Counted from the first letter of the stretch, positions 1-11,004 are shown. The stretch: DNA of 64,000 nucleotides from Candidatus Heimdallarchaeota archaeon (GCA_019056785.1 DXJV01000084.1:134492-198491); one strand, 5' to 3'. The notes: generated from the letters alone by a model not told the origin. Numbers and translations are program-made.

Positions 1-1017
1 GAAAACTTATTGGAAAACTTTTTCGAACAAATAGCCAACCAACTTAACAACAAAGAAATCAAGAAATCGTTACAATACTTTGAATTCGATTGCTTAGAGA
101 AAAACAGACTGGATGAAAAGCTGCCGTTTTGGCACACGCTAGGGATAATCCGTGGTGTAGAATTAGCCAGCAAAACTTCTCAAGATTTTTTGGTGAGAAA
201 TGTCTTTAAAGCAGCAGAAAAATCAGAGAACCTAAAACAAAAAATCGCACCCGAAATTCTCGTAGACAAATTGACACAAGAAAAAGCCCATTATCGGATA
301 CTTTGGAATGTTGTACGTGTGGCTATCCAACAAGCGATAAATCAAAAAGATCCGAAATTGGTTCTTGCAATAAAGGACCCGCTTTTTGAGATAGGATTAA
401 AATTTATAGATAACGAATTAAAAGAAGCAAGTGAGGAAAAAGACATCCTATATTGGCAAGAACGGATTGAAGAATGTATTTTTTCTTATTTAGCTGCATT
501 ACTTCGTTCACTACCAGAAGAAGAGCAACAACAACTGCTACAAAGAATCCAAGAAGAGAATATCGATGAGCTTAAAAAATTAAAAATCAACAGTATTCTT
601 AAAGAACAGACAATAAAGAATTTTGAATCTTTTTCACTTGAAAATTATGACAATAAGAAAACTGTTGAGTTGTTACATGCCGGTTTGAAAGGTTTCAATC
701 TTCGGGTTATGGCTGAAAAGAAAGCAATGAAAACACTCAAAGAGAACTTGTTGACAATCCTTCAGGAAGAAGAAAAATCAAATAAAATTATTACATTACA
801 AAAGGAACTAAGCAAATTCACACAAGAAGTGCGGGATGTCTCAAAAGAGTTCCAATCACTTTTAATTGAGATCAGACAATTTTTGAAGAAAATAGAATAT
901 GGAGATAGCAAAGTAAAGGATTATTATACATCACTTTATGAAAAGTGCTCTGCAAAGAATTATCAAGGATTGTCTGAAATTTTAGCACTCTTAAAGAAAA
1001 ATTTCATGGAAAAATAA
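1..1017 (+). CDS. Hypothetical alpha-helical protein, probably 5'-truncated by the window
   Basis: The frame is open from base 1 (gaa aac tta ttg). The protein is E/K/L-rich and has no recognised motif. Confidence 0.7.
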   Translation, partial: ENLLENFFEQIANQLNNKEIKKSLQYFEFDCLEKNRLDEKLPFWHTLGIIRGVELASKTSQDFLVRNVFKAAEKSENLKQKIAPEILVDKLTQEKAHYRILWNVVRVAIQQAINQKDPKLVLAIKDPLFEIGLKFIDNELKEASEEKDILYWQERIEECIFSYLAALLRSLPEEEQQQLLQRIQEENIDELKKLKINSILKEQTIKNFESFSLENYDNKKTVELLHAGLKGFNLRVMAEKKAMKTLKENLLTILQEEEKSNKIITLQKELSKFTQEVRDVSKEFQSLLIEIRQFLKKIEYGDSKVKDYYTSLYEKCSAKNYQGLSEILALLKKNFMEK

Positions 1018-1044
1018 AAAAGAAAGAATCCCAACCACGGATTC

Positions 1045-1956
1045 TTATAACTCATCTTCTCCTTCTAATTGCCTTTCACCGCTGCGTTTGAGCCATAGTT
1101 TATAACCAAGACCCGTTTTTGTTGTGGCTAAACCACCTTCTGATGTTTCTTTTATTTCGCAAGGCATCATTCGACCGATTTCATCCATTGCAGTCACAAC
1201 ATCATCAAAAGGGATGACACTTTGAACGCCAGCAAGGGACATGTCAGCAGCAACAGTTGCAGAAACAGCCAGTAGCCCATTTCGTTTTATGCAAGGGACC
1301 TCAACTAAGCCTGCAACTGGGTCACATGCTAAACCCAAAGTATTCTTTAAAACAAGAGCAGCAGCATTTACTGCTTGTTCTGCCGTTCCACCTGCAATTT
1401 CTACTGCTGCGGCAGCAGCCATCGCAGCAGAAACACCTATCTCAGCCTGACAGCCATGTTCTGAACCACTAGTTGATGCTCGTGCATCACAAACTAAGCC
1501 AATTAAAGACGAAGCAAACAAACCTTTAATGATCATCTCTTCAGAAGCATTCAACTTTTCAGCAACGGTATAAACGACAGCCGGAACAACTCCAGCCGAG
1601 CCAGCTGTGGGAGCAGCAACTATGACACCCATTGATGAATTAAATTCTCCTATGCCAATAGCTCTTGCAGCAATCTTTAGAACAGAAGCACTCGAGAGTT
1701 TTTTTGTTTTCTTGGAAAGATAAGTCATCAGTTTATTTGCATTTCCTCCGCTCATGCCACTGGGGGATTCTTTAGTAATCTTAACACCTTGTTTGATGGA
1801 GTTAACCATGTAACTCCAAATTTTCTTCATGCCATTTAAAATTTCTTTTCGACTAACGCCCTGGATTTCAACTTCGTGTTCAATCATTATTTCGCCTAAA
1901 CTCTTATTCTCATCTTTAGCTTTTTTCAGAAATGGTAAAACACTATCTATTGTCAT
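1045..1956 (-). CDS. sdaAA: L-serine dehydratase, Fe-S dependent, alpha subunit
   Basis: Motifs IVAAPTAGSAGVVP, GCQAEIG, GLACDPVAGLVEVPCIKRN (Fe-S cysteines) and ETSEGGLA. Confidence 0.95.
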   Translation of the reverse strand: MTIDSVLPFLKKAKDENKSLGEIMIEHEVEIQGVSRKEILNGMKKIWSYMVNSIKQGVKITKESPSGMSGGNANKLMTYLSKKTKKLSSASVLKIAARAIGIGEFNSSMGVIVAAPTAGSAGVVPAVVYTVAEKLNASEEMIIKGLFASSLIGLVCDARASTSGSEHGCQAEIGVSAAMAAAAAVEIAGGTAEQAVNAAALVLKNTLGLACDPVAGLVEVPCIKRNGLLAVSATVAADMSLAGVQSVIPFDDVVTAMDEIGRMMPCEIKETSEGGLATTKTGLGYKLWLKRSGERQLEGEDEL

Positions 1957-2651
1957 TAGAATATCTCCTCTCCTTCTGTTAATCTAGGTAAGATGCGGAC
2001 CATTTTCATCCCTTCGATGTTGTCCAAACTCGTCTTCAATTCTGCTGGTGGTGAAAGTGAAATTTCTACTGTTGTTAAAGCATCACCTTCTCTTGGGAGG
2101 TCTTTACTTTGTAAGGATAGAATATTAATCTCGAATTGGGAAATTACATGAGTAATCTTTGAAAGTGTGCCCATAAGGTCCTGATGGCGCAGAATGATAG
2201 TTACGTTTTTTCCAGTAATTTCGATCTTATAGCCCAGCACTTCTCGGATAACAATATCGCCTCCGCCAACCGATTCTGCAATTAAATTGACCGGATTCTT
2301 TTCATCAATTATTTCGATCTTAATGCTATTCGGATGATAATTATGACCAAGGTCGATTTTCTTAAGAATAACATCCATTTTTGCCTTTTTAGCATACTTA
2401 TAAGCCTCTTTTATACGTTTATCAAATGTTTTAAAACCAAGCAAGCCACCAATAACAGCTTTGTCCGAACCATGACCACGCCATGTTTCTGCAAACGAGC
2501 CATGGAAATAGACAAACACTTTTTGCGGGTCTGCTCCAAACAATAACCTTGCAGCTCGGCCTATTCGGACCGCCCCTGCAGTATGAGAACTCGATGGACC
2601 CGTCATTATTGGCCCTAGTATCCTAAATGCGCTTTCATCTGTCATTCGCAA
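1956..2651 (-). CDS. sdaAB: L-serine dehydratase beta subunit with C-terminal ACT domain
   Basis: Motifs GPIMTGPSSSHTAGAVRIG, GSFAETWRGHGSD and HPNS, with an ACT-like C-terminus. Overlaps the alpha gene. Confidence 0.95.
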   Translation of the reverse strand: MRMTDESAFRILGPIMTGPSSSHTAGAVRIGRAARLLFGADPQKVFVYFHGSFAETWRGHGSDKAVIGGLLGFKTFDKRIKEAYKYAKKAKMDVILKKIDLGHNYHPNSIKIEIIDEKNPVNLIAESVGGGDIVIREVLGYKIEITGKNVTIILRHQDLMGTLSKITHVISQFEINILSLQSKDLPREGDALTTVEISLSPPAELKTSLDNIEGMKMVRILPRLTEGEEIF

Positions 2652-2719
2652 ATACCACCACTGTAATTAATGCGTTCTAACTATTTAGTAGTACTGTTTT
2701 TTCTCATTTAATCAATAAC

Positions 2720-4054
2720 TTATTCTTCACTGGAAACCATTGCCTTGGAAATGCGAATCATTGGTGCTATCGACCCTGCTTCATTTAAGAGCTCTTTGCC
2801 AACAGCATCAACATTTTTTAAGAGGGAAAAAACATTCGTACCGACCATCGTCTCCTTTAGGGGATGAGTTATTTCACCCTTTTCTATCAGAAATCCTTGG
2901 TCCACAAGAATAGATATATTGGGTGAGCCTGTCGTCGGCTCAAGAGAGGTATCTTTTAGATAGATGCCTTTTTTCGTTTCTCGGATAAGTTCTTCACTTG
3001 ACCAATCGCCGGCCTTTATTTGCAATTGATTGAGGTCAGGATAAGGTATTCCCCCCAAACTGCTTTTGGTTGCATGGGCAGTATTTGGGATATTAAGTGC
3101 ATTTGCAGTATAGGAATTTGAGAAGTAAGCAATAGCAATCCCCTTTTTTATTAATGTTATTTTTTGGTGGGGAACCCCTTCATCATCAAAAATAGCAGAA
3201 GCTGAACCTCCTGGATATAGCGGATTGTCATGAACAGTTATTTGTTCATGTGTAATTTTTTGTCCTAATCGATCTATAAAAAACGCTGTCTTAAGAAGAA
3301 CTTCATAAGCATTTAAACCTGTACCAAAGATTGTTAAAAAAGTGTCTTGAGTGCTTCGCTGATCGAGTATCACCGTCATTTCTTCGGACTTGACTTTTTT
3401 AGCGCCTAATAGAGAGACTGCGTTTTTTGCCGCATTTGAACCAATTTCGGCAGGATTAAATGTCGCGGCTTCTCGTATTCTTTGGTAATCCCATGAAGTG
3501 GCAATATCACCTGAGCGTTCAGCTTTAGCATAAATGACACCAGCAAGGGCAGTTGCTTTTTGGTTTACCTCTAAACCTAGGCTATTATAGATACTTTCCT
3601 CAACAACTTCACGTTCAAAGGTCCCACTAATTATCACATTATGCTTTTCAAGTCCTGCATCAATCGCTTCAATTGCGAGGTCTGTCAAGTGCCCATCAGG
3701 AAAATTAGTTATTGTTTTGTCATATAAACCGTTAACTTTCGGATAGACTGTAAATGGATCGGGAAGAGATTTAAACAATTCATCTGGAGGAGCAATCTTA
3801 CTTAGTTTCACAGCTTTTTTTGTAAGTTCCTTTAAAGAGCGCTCTGTGAGAAGAGTTGTGGTTGCAATTCCCAACCCCTTTTTTGTATAAGCTCGGATGC
3901 CCATACCAGAAATTGATTTGTTTTCTGAAGCGTTTATTGCACTTTTTTCTATTTGGACAGTCTCAGAATTTCCATGAAGAATAAAAAACTCCAGCTGATC
4001 AGCCCCTCTTTTCAGTCCAAAGTTAATGGCCTCATGTATTTGTCTCGAATCCAT
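2720..4054 (-). CDS. pmbA: PmbA/TldE family protein (start revised to ATG 4054, MDSRQ)
   Basis: Motifs GMGIRAY and FDDEGVP, no HExxH, adjacent to TldD. The revised start removes the overlap with tldD. Confidence 0.9.
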   Translation of the reverse strand: MDSRQIHEAINFGLKRGADQLEFFILHGNSETVQIEKSAINASENKSISGMGIRAYTKKGLGIATTTLLTERSLKELTKKAVKLSKIAPPDELFKSLPDPFTVYPKVNGLYDKTITNFPDGHLTDLAIEAIDAGLEKHNVIISGTFEREVVEESIYNSLGLEVNQKATALAGVIYAKAERSGDIATSWDYQRIREAATFNPAEIGSNAAKNAVSLLGAKKVKSEEMTVILDQRSTQDTFLTIFGTGLNAYEVLLKTAFFIDRLGQKITHEQITVHDNPLYPGGSASAIFDDEGVPHQKITLIKKGIAIAYFSNSYTANALNIPNTAHATKSSLGGIPYPDLNQLQIKAGDWSSEELIRETKKGIYLKDTSLEPTTGSPNISILVDQGFLIEKGEITHPLKETMVGTNVFSLLKNVDAVGKELLNEAGSIAPMIRISKAMVSSEE

Positions 4055-4056
4055 TG

Positions 4057-5448
4057 TTATTGCCCTCCAACTATAAGATCTCTCACTGCAAGCGATGGCC
4101 CACCAGCATGAATTGGGACCCATTGTGATTGCTTTCCACAACTTCCCGGAAAGGCATATGCTAAATCATTTCCCACACCGATAGTCTTTTGTAAAACTTC
4201 CAAGCAATGCCCCGTCAAGCTTACGTTTTGAATCGGTGCCAACAATTCTCCTTTTCTAACGAGATAGCCACCCTGCGCTGAAAAGTAAAATTCACCTTTT
4301 GCTGTATCAACATACCCCCCATAAGAGTATTGAAGATAAAGGCCATCCTTAATGCGCTCTAGCAATTCCTCAAAGGAAAGGTCACCTGTTCCCAAGTAGG
4401 TATTCCCCATTCGGACAATAGGTCGGTAATTAAAACTCATAGCACGTCCTGCACCATTTGGTGGAACATTCATTTTCGCTGCAGTTTCCAACGAATGAAG
4501 ATAACCAACTAAAACACCATTTTTAATTAATTCCCTCTTTGTTGTTGGGGTTCCCTCTGAGTCGAAATGATAACTACCTCGTAAGCCAGAAATAGTAGGG
4601 TCATCATAAAGATTGATACTCTTGGTGCCAATTTGCTGTCCCAGCTTTCCCTCAAATAAGGAATCATGAGCTAAAACAGCATCAGCTTCTTCAAAATGGC
4701 CAATCATTTCATGAACAAATACTCCTACTAATGATTGATCCATAACGACATTCATTCTTCCACTAGGAGGTTTTTGAGCTTTTAGCAATTCTACAGCACG
4801 TTTCGCTAACTCTTCCCCTTTCTCTGTTGTGTGATACTTTCTTATTTCTTCCCAACCGTTAGTCGTTCCTTTGGCAGTATAAACATTTTGCATGTTATCC
4901 CCCTCTCGAGAGGTGGCCATGCATGAAAGGTTAATATTGCTATACTCATTCGAAACTCTCGTGCCTAAAGAATTAACTACAATCTCAGTTTGAAACCATT
5001 CCCGGAATGTGGCATTTGTTGCAACAATTTTCTCGGAATATTCTCGGGTAACTCGTTCGAAGTTTTCTATAACAGCATATTTTTCTTCTATAGAGATATC
5101 GCGAGGATCCTCACGGAATTTCATTTTATGGGAGCCTTCAAAAACATACTCTTCAGGTATTACCCCCTTCTCTTTCGTTTTCTTTGCCGTGGCGGCCGCA
5201 ATTTTCATTGCCATTTCTATTCCTTTCTCGATTTTATGTTCTTTACTCCCAATAACAGAAACAAATCCCCACCCTCCGTTTATTAACGCCCGGATACCCA
5301 CCCCTTCCTCAGCTTGAAAGGTTATCTGTTCGGGCCGGCTGTTCTGAATGGTTGTTGCTAATCCCTCTCCTTGCTCCCAACGAACGTCTATAAAGTCACC
5401 CCTATTTAATCTAACTTTATCAAGCAATTTTTCTAATTTGTCAATCAA
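4057..5448 (-). CDS. tldD: TldD family metalloprotease
   Basis: HEMIGHFEE metal motif, DSEG, RMGNT and CGK. Confidence 0.93.
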   Translation of the reverse strand: MIDKLEKLLDKVRLNRGDFIDVRWEQGEGLATTIQNSRPEQITFQAEEGVGIRALINGGWGFVSVIGSKEHKIEKGIEMAMKIAAATAKKTKEKGVIPEEYVFEGSHKMKFREDPRDISIEEKYAVIENFERVTREYSEKIVATNATFREWFQTEIVVNSLGTRVSNEYSNINLSCMATSREGDNMQNVYTAKGTTNGWEEIRKYHTTEKGEELAKRAVELLKAQKPPSGRMNVVMDQSLVGVFVHEMIGHFEEADAVLAHDSLFEGKLGQQIGTKSINLYDDPTISGLRGSYHFDSEGTPTTKRELIKNGVLVGYLHSLETAAKMNVPPNGAGRAMSFNYRPIVRMGNTYLGTGDLSFEELLERIKDGLYLQYSYGGYVDTAKGEFYFSAQGGYLVRKGELLAPIQNVSLTGHCLEVLQKTIGVGNDLAYAFPGSCGKQSQWVPIHAGGPSLAVRDLIVGGQ

Positions 5449-5637
5449 CGTTTTTCCCAGACTGATTTTCTACTCTTCCTTTCCCCCTTCTTTTTTCTAA
5501 AGGTTTCTATTCCTCCCGGGTGGTTTTTTCCACTTCAAGAAAACTTGAACTAACGGTTCAAATTTCCTTAAAATAAATATTTAAATAGTTAGATGATTAT
5601 CTAATAAAACAGATTTAATCGTGAGATTAAGCGAAAA

Positions 5638-8600
5638 ATGGTGATAAAAAATATGTTGAAGAATAAATTAGTCAAAAAGTCACTAATGTTATCCTTCGCA
5701 GTGTTAATGATCATGAGCAGCTATGTCATGATCGATTCTAAAGCAGACACAGTCCCACCACAGCAAGGCATCCAACTTAAAGATGCGACATATAGTTCTT
5801 TATTCTATGCTGAAAGTGTGGAAATCTTCCCCTTTAGAAGCACTGCAGCAGGAGTCCATGCAGGATTTATAGGTGGCTCAGTAACGTTGCCTTTTGACTT
5901 GACAACAGCAGAATATAATAACTTGTTAGCGTTTTCACTTGTGTTGTCAAACCAACATACCTGGAGAAACTATGCCCCGCGTAGATTCTGGGATGTAGCA
6001 GATGGAGCCTTTTTAATGCTCGTCTTTCGAGGCGACCCGGATCTTGCATTGGACCGTGCAAGAGAAATCAAGGATATGGTTGGTGAAGCCTATGGCTTTA
6101 ATATGTACCTCGTTTTTGGCCACTATGAAAATACCAGGCAAATAACTATGCTTGTCTATCAAGGATGGCCTGACCCCCAAACTTTTGAAGACTTTACCGG
6201 ATTGTTCCCAAGCTATGTAGAAAATGATGGGCTTGGAAAAGGTGTTACAGTCAGCACTTTACTGAATGCACCATTGAAGGCGATGTCAATTTCCCTTTAT
6301 AGAGGCCCCATCTTCCGAATGATGTTGCCCGAGGACTTCAGAAAACTCTTCCCAACAATTGGTCAAACACCCAATTTCATGCCCTTGGTTGAATGTGCCT
6401 GGATTAATCCCGTAGGATTACAAAAGACAGGCTCAATAATGGAAATGAATTTAACGCGACTAATGCCTGGATTAGGAGGAATTGTTGCACCTTCGGCGCA
6501 AGCTAAAGCCTCTTTTGTCGGAATGAAACTCCCCTATGTTGTTGATGTTCTTGAAATCGACCCCCCAACCGATAACATGTATGCTCACTTGAAAGGTGAG
6601 TTTGAATGGACACTAAAATTGGACCTTGGCTTCTTTAACTACGAACGCCTTTTAGACGATATTTACGTAAAATATGACTTGAATATCACCGGATTAAAGT
6701 ATTACCCACAAGTTATCGGTGAAATGACTTTGAACCCAAGTTCGAGCTTGATGGGCGGTGGAGACATAATCTATGACTTTACCTTTACTAATGTTGGCAA
6801 CGAAGCTGCATATAATATCACTATGGGCTATGGCGAATTTAATAAAGCAGATATCGATGGATTCGTCCTCCCTGTGAACAACCCTGAATTAACTTTCGTT
6901 CCGCACCAAATTATGTACTATGATAACAACACCGGGCTCTTCACAAGCACATTCATGTCCGGGCCTGGCATAGGAACATTGGAAGGCTGGTTCTTCAATA
7001 CTACCGCCGGGGATTGGCATTTGAACAATCAGTATTTAAGCGATGATGAAATGGAACACATTATAGACAAAGTCTATTTGAATGAGACCTTTTTAGACAT
7101 CGATCCGATGGATTTCACCTTTACTGACAAGACAAATGAATCATATACCTTAACGGCTTTGATCCCACAACTAGACCCGAATGACACAATAACACTTAGC
7201 TTCGCTGTGAGAAACTTACCCACAGGAACATTAACACTTTACGATGCTGTAGCAGTAAATGCAACATATTACCAGATCTTAGTTAATCAAACAGTCGATT
7301 GGGGCACCTTTATGATAACCTTATTGCAAGGTGCAGGATCAACACTCCATCTCCCCGAGGATCAAGTAACTTGGAGCCATTGGTTCCCAGACCCGGTCAT
7401 CGGTTCAGGTTTCTTATATAAAGACCAATTCGGAGTGGAGTTCTTCGGACTTACCAACGGGTTAGTCATCCAGTTTTATGATGATGAAGCCATACTTGTT
7501 GGACAAGTGTCTTTGGACAAAGATGTCTACCGCTTCGGTGAAGATGTTAACTTTACCTTAAAACTGACAAACATTGGTGATGCAAATGCCACTAACATAA
7601 ACTATTCCTTCTGCCATGCCTTCCTCACTGAGGACTTTAATATACCTGTTATTAAAAAAGTGCCAGATAGTGATGGCGTTATTGATTTAATCAAACCAGG
7701 AGAAAGTAAAACAGTTTCCTACAGTTATCCTGCGGAAACAGATGTCGGCTTACATCCAGTTTTTGCTATTTTCAACTATACAAGCGATGAGACAACCGAT
7801 CCCGATTTTCCAGCGATTTTCAGCAGCGTTAATCACCCAGCAGTTTTCAGCAACATAGATTTTGCAATGGTGCTTCCACCTCCCCATAAGGAAGGAACAA
7901 CCGAACCCGTCTATCCCACACCGGAAGTAAATGTTACAACGGAGATACTTGGCTATACACCCAATGTGACTACTGTTGGAGACATGATTACTTTACGAAC
8001 AACTATTACCAACATTGGTGATGAAGATACGAATATTATCTATCGCCAGTACTTACCAAGACGGCTCCATTATGTCGACGATTCATTGAAGATCACAATC
8101 GATGGTACCCCTGTCACTCAATTTGAAGTGATCTATCAAGCCTATCAACCCAATGTAGAAGAATCGGGATATAATCCATTCATGCCCTCAGTAACCATTT
8201 ATGGGGGAACCATAGATGGAACACTCTATGGCATACCATTAGGCGTTGGAGAAACACTCGTCATCCAAGCAAACTTCACAATAGGCGCTGGGAAAGGAAT
8301 TGAACAAGTCGATTGGAATACTCTCTCTGGTGAGGACCTCGTTGGCTTATACATTCCTCCGGCTGAAGTTCGCTACTTTAGCAGATATCAAATCCAAGAG
8401 ACTCGTGATCTCAATGATGATACCGAAGTGCCTGTGGAGGAGGAATCTGTTGAAACCGCATCATTCCTAACAACAATTCATGGTACCACTATAAACAGCG
8501 AACCAGGAATCGACAACGAATGGGCTTCCACAAACTCTTGGGGCTCATATTCAGATAGCCTCTCACTCTTTATAGAAGAACTTTCAGGCCTGGGTATAAA

Positions 8601-8688
8601 TGCCATTTACTATGGTGCTGGAATTATTCTGGTGACCGGTGTTGCAATATTGATTTACTTCAAAGCAGCAAACGGTAAAAAAAGATAA
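5638..8688 (+). CDS. Large membrane-anchored cell-surface glycoprotein with Ig-like (CARDB/BatD-like) domains
   Basis: N-terminal signal peptide, repeated TNIGD/TNVGN Ig-fold motifs, many NxS/T sequons, and a C-terminal TM helix with basic tail NGKKR. Confidence 0.8.
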   Translation: MVIKNMLKNKLVKKSLMLSFAVLMIMSSYVMIDSKADTVPPQQGIQLKDATYSSLFYAESVEIFPFRSTAAGVHAGFIGGSVTLPFDLTTAEYNNLLAFSLVLSNQHTWRNYAPRRFWDVADGAFLMLVFRGDPDLALDRAREIKDMVGEAYGFNMYLVFGHYENTRQITMLVYQGWPDPQTFEDFTGLFPSYVENDGLGKGVTVSTLLNAPLKAMSISLYRGPIFRMMLPEDFRKLFPTIGQTPNFMPLVECAWINPVGLQKTGSIMEMNLTRLMPGLGGIVAPSAQAKASFVGMKLPYVVDVLEIDPPTDNMYAHLKGEFEWTLKLDLGFFNYERLLDDIYVKYDLNITGLKYYPQVIGEMTLNPSSSLMGGGDIIYDFTFTNVGNEAAYNITMGYGEFNKADIDGFVLPVNNPELTFVPHQIMYYDNNTGLFTSTFMSGPGIGTLEGWFFNTTAGDWHLNNQYLSDDEMEHIIDKVYLNETFLDIDPMDFTFTDKTNESYTLTALIPQLDPNDTITLSFAVRNLPTGTLTLYDAVAVNATYYQILVNQTVDWGTFMITLLQGAGSTLHLPEDQVTWSHWFPDPVIGSGFLYKDQFGVEFFGLTNGLVIQFYDDEAILVGQVSLDKDVYRFGEDVNFTLKLTNIGDANATNINYSFCHAFLTEDFNIPVIKKVPDSDGVIDLIKPGESKTVSYSYPAETDVGLHPVFAIFNYTSDETTDPDFPAIFSSVNHPAVFSNIDFAMVLPPPHKEGTTEPVYPTPEVNVTTEILGYTPNVTTVGDMITLRTTITNIGDEDTNIIYRQYLPRRLHYVDDSLKITIDGTPVTQFEVIYQAYQPNVEESGYNPFMPSVTIYGGTIDGTLYGIPLGVGETLVIQANFTIGAGKGIEQVDWNTLSGEDLVGLYIPPAEVRYFSRYQIQETRDLNDDTEVPVEEESVETASFLTTIHGTTINSEPGIDNEWASTNSWGSYSDSLSLFIEELSGLGINAIYYGAGIILVTGVAILIYFKAANGKKR

Positions 8689-8706
8689 CCCCCAAAATCA
8701 TTCACC

Positions 8707-8739
8707 GAAAGAGTCTAAGGCTTTTTTTTAGACTCTTTC
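8707..8739 (+). terminator. Stem-loop followed by pyrimidine tract downstream of the surface protein gene
   Basis: 12-bp inverted repeat GAAAGAGTCTAA...TTAGACTCTTTC followed by a T/C-rich run. Confidence 0.65.
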
Positions 8740-8954
8740 TTCCCCTCTTTTTCTATCTTGGCGTTTTTTCATACGAAAAGAAGTAAAAAATAGTTCTTGT
8801 AGGGAAAAAGCTCTTTTTAATTCAATCCCTGGCTTTTCGATCGAGAAGATTCAAAACACAAAGGAAAAATAGAAGAAAAATCTTTGATGATAAGCATGTT
8901 CCTACCGAAATAATTTTGATTCAATTTGTTATATTCCTAATGAGGAATTTGAAA

Positions 8955-10895
8955 ATGTCAAAAAAAGAAGTTAGTTCTGATTACCTTCGTGCGCGTGGCT
9001 TAAGTGAAGATGAGATTATTGTCTATTCTGCTGTTCTTGGCATGGGTAGTGCCACAGTAGGGGAGATTCAGCTTGTCACAAAAATGGAGTTGCCGGAAAT
9101 TTATATCAACCTTCGACAGCTGCAAGAGATTGGTTACATTAAACAAATACCCGGAAAAGTTCCACGATATATTGCTATGGAGCCTTTCCTTAAAGATTAT
9201 GCTCAACTCACAGCAGAAACCAAATTAGGCCTTCTCAATATGAAAGATAATTTCCAATCCCGAATGAATGAATTCGAGACGCGCATAAAAACCATTGTCC
9301 CGGGTCTTTCGGACTTTTGCGACCGAGAAAAGACAACCAAACTTACTGAGGTGCAAAAAAGATTCACTAAACTTGAGGATGGGTTAAAACAAATTATTGA
9401 TAACAGTTATCTCCAATTAAAACATATTGGGACGACATTGGCAACATGGCCTTCTGAAAGTATTGAAATTACCCTTCCTGCCTTTGAAGAAGACCTCGAA
9501 AAAAGTAAAGATAGCTTTGTTTCAGCAATTTCAAAATATGCCGACTCTTTAGTCATTGATTCACGTGACCTTAGAGATAAACTCGAGAAAGCAACAATCC
9601 ACCATAAAATCCTCGTGGCCGAAAGACTTGAGAAATTGAAAGGTGACATTGAAAAGTCCATAAATGAACTTAAAGACAACATTGTCAAACGTAATTTCAC
9701 CACCGCTACAAGTTATAGCGCAAATCTCGATGAAAAAGATGTCCAAGCGCGAGAAGATGCAGCAAAAATCATTAATGATTTGATTCGAAATGTCATCGTC
9801 TTGGCACGTGAGAAAGCGGGTGATATCAGCGCTGAAACAGCTCAAATGATAAACAACGCTTTAAAGCCACTTTTCCGTTCATTTGATTTCCTACAAAATG
9901 AAGTTAAGACTACCTTAGATAATGTTCTTGAAGAAAATTCGAACGAAGTAGCAAAACTAGTCAGACAAACAAATTCTTTAGTTGTATCGAGTATTCCAGA
10001 AGTCCTCGAGATAATTACTACTCACCTCGAAGAAATGCGGGATGAGTCAGCGAGATTTATCGATCAAAAAATAACTGATCCCTTCAAAGAGTTAGACAAG
10101 ATGAAAGGGGACATTTCTCGGGATATTTCCACGTTTAAAACAAACATTCGAAAAGAGGCGCTTAAACAAGATGAAAAAGCAAAAGCCTCAATTACAGATC
10201 GTTTGCAGAAAGCCGAAGAAAAAATTGATTTATCAAAAATAGAAATCCAAGATGCACTCTCATTGGCTCGAATTGACATCGAAGATTTAGTCCAATTATT
10301 GATAAAAGGGGTGATAAATGAAAATTCGGCTAAAATCAGCGAAGTGACTCAGGTGCTCCAAGAAGCTAACATTGTCTTAGAGAATACACTTGGAAACACT
10401 ATTTACCTTTTAGACAACACCGGAAAAACATTCGATGGCATTGTCAATATGTCAGAGAAGATTATGCCTATTGATGAAATTGAAGTTGAATTGGTTTACG
10501 GACAAAGAAGTATTGAACGCTTGATGAGAGACATGTTATTACGAACAAAAGAGGAATTAATTTTAGTTACTCCCACAATTATCACCGAGTTTCTCTATGA
10601 TATCGAGAAGCAACCACAGCTAGCTAATTTCCAAATTGTGTCTAATATTAAGGAAGAGGACATTGGCTTGCTGACATCACTTGTAAAGCGGGGCAATGTT
10701 ACTACAATGAATTATAAAAATGGGAACTACTGGATTGCAATTCGTGACAATGAAGAAATCCTATATGCACCAAAAATCCACAAAGAAAAGAATATTGCTT
10801 TTTACACCACTAACCCCAAACTATTTAAGATGTTCTTTGACTTAACAAACCAAAATGTCTTCTCAAAAATGAAGGCGCAAAATTTCCAAGCATAA
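8955..10895 (+). CDS. TrmB-like wHTH + long alpha-helical/coiled-coil region + TrmB-type C-terminal domain
   Basis: N-terminal GLSEDEIIVYSAVLGMGSATVGEI...GKVPRYIAMEP and C-terminal IAIRDNEEILYAP. ATG 8955 is preceded by GAGG. Confidence 0.8.
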   Translation: MSKKEVSSDYLRARGLSEDEIIVYSAVLGMGSATVGEIQLVTKMELPEIYINLRQLQEIGYIKQIPGKVPRYIAMEPFLKDYAQLTAETKLGLLNMKDNFQSRMNEFETRIKTIVPGLSDFCDREKTTKLTEVQKRFTKLEDGLKQIIDNSYLQLKHIGTTLATWPSESIEITLPAFEEDLEKSKDSFVSAISKYADSLVIDSRDLRDKLEKATIHHKILVAERLEKLKGDIEKSINELKDNIVKRNFTTATSYSANLDEKDVQAREDAAKIINDLIRNVIVLAREKAGDISAETAQMINNALKPLFRSFDFLQNEVKTTLDNVLEENSNEVAKLVRQTNSLVVSSIPEVLEIITTHLEEMRDESARFIDQKITDPFKELDKMKGDISRDISTFKTNIRKEALKQDEKAKASITDRLQKAEEKIDLSKIEIQDALSLARIDIEDLVQLLIKGVINENSAKISEVTQVLQEANIVLENTLGNTIYLLDNTGKTFDGIVNMSEKIMPIDEIEVELVYGQRSIERLMRDMLLRTKEELILVTPTIITEFLYDIEKQPQLANFQIVSNIKEEDIGLLTSLVKRGNVTTMNYKNGNYWIAIRDNEEILYAPKIHKEKNIAFYTTNPKLFKMFFDLTNQNVFSKMKAQNFQA

Positions 10896-11004
10896 CTAAA
10901 AAGAGAAAATAGGTGTTATCTATATAACAAAAGTGCTTAAATAGGAGTGTAAAAATGTTATTTAGAACAGAAGCACTAGCTTAGACTGTTGGAGGATTGA
11001 ATGA

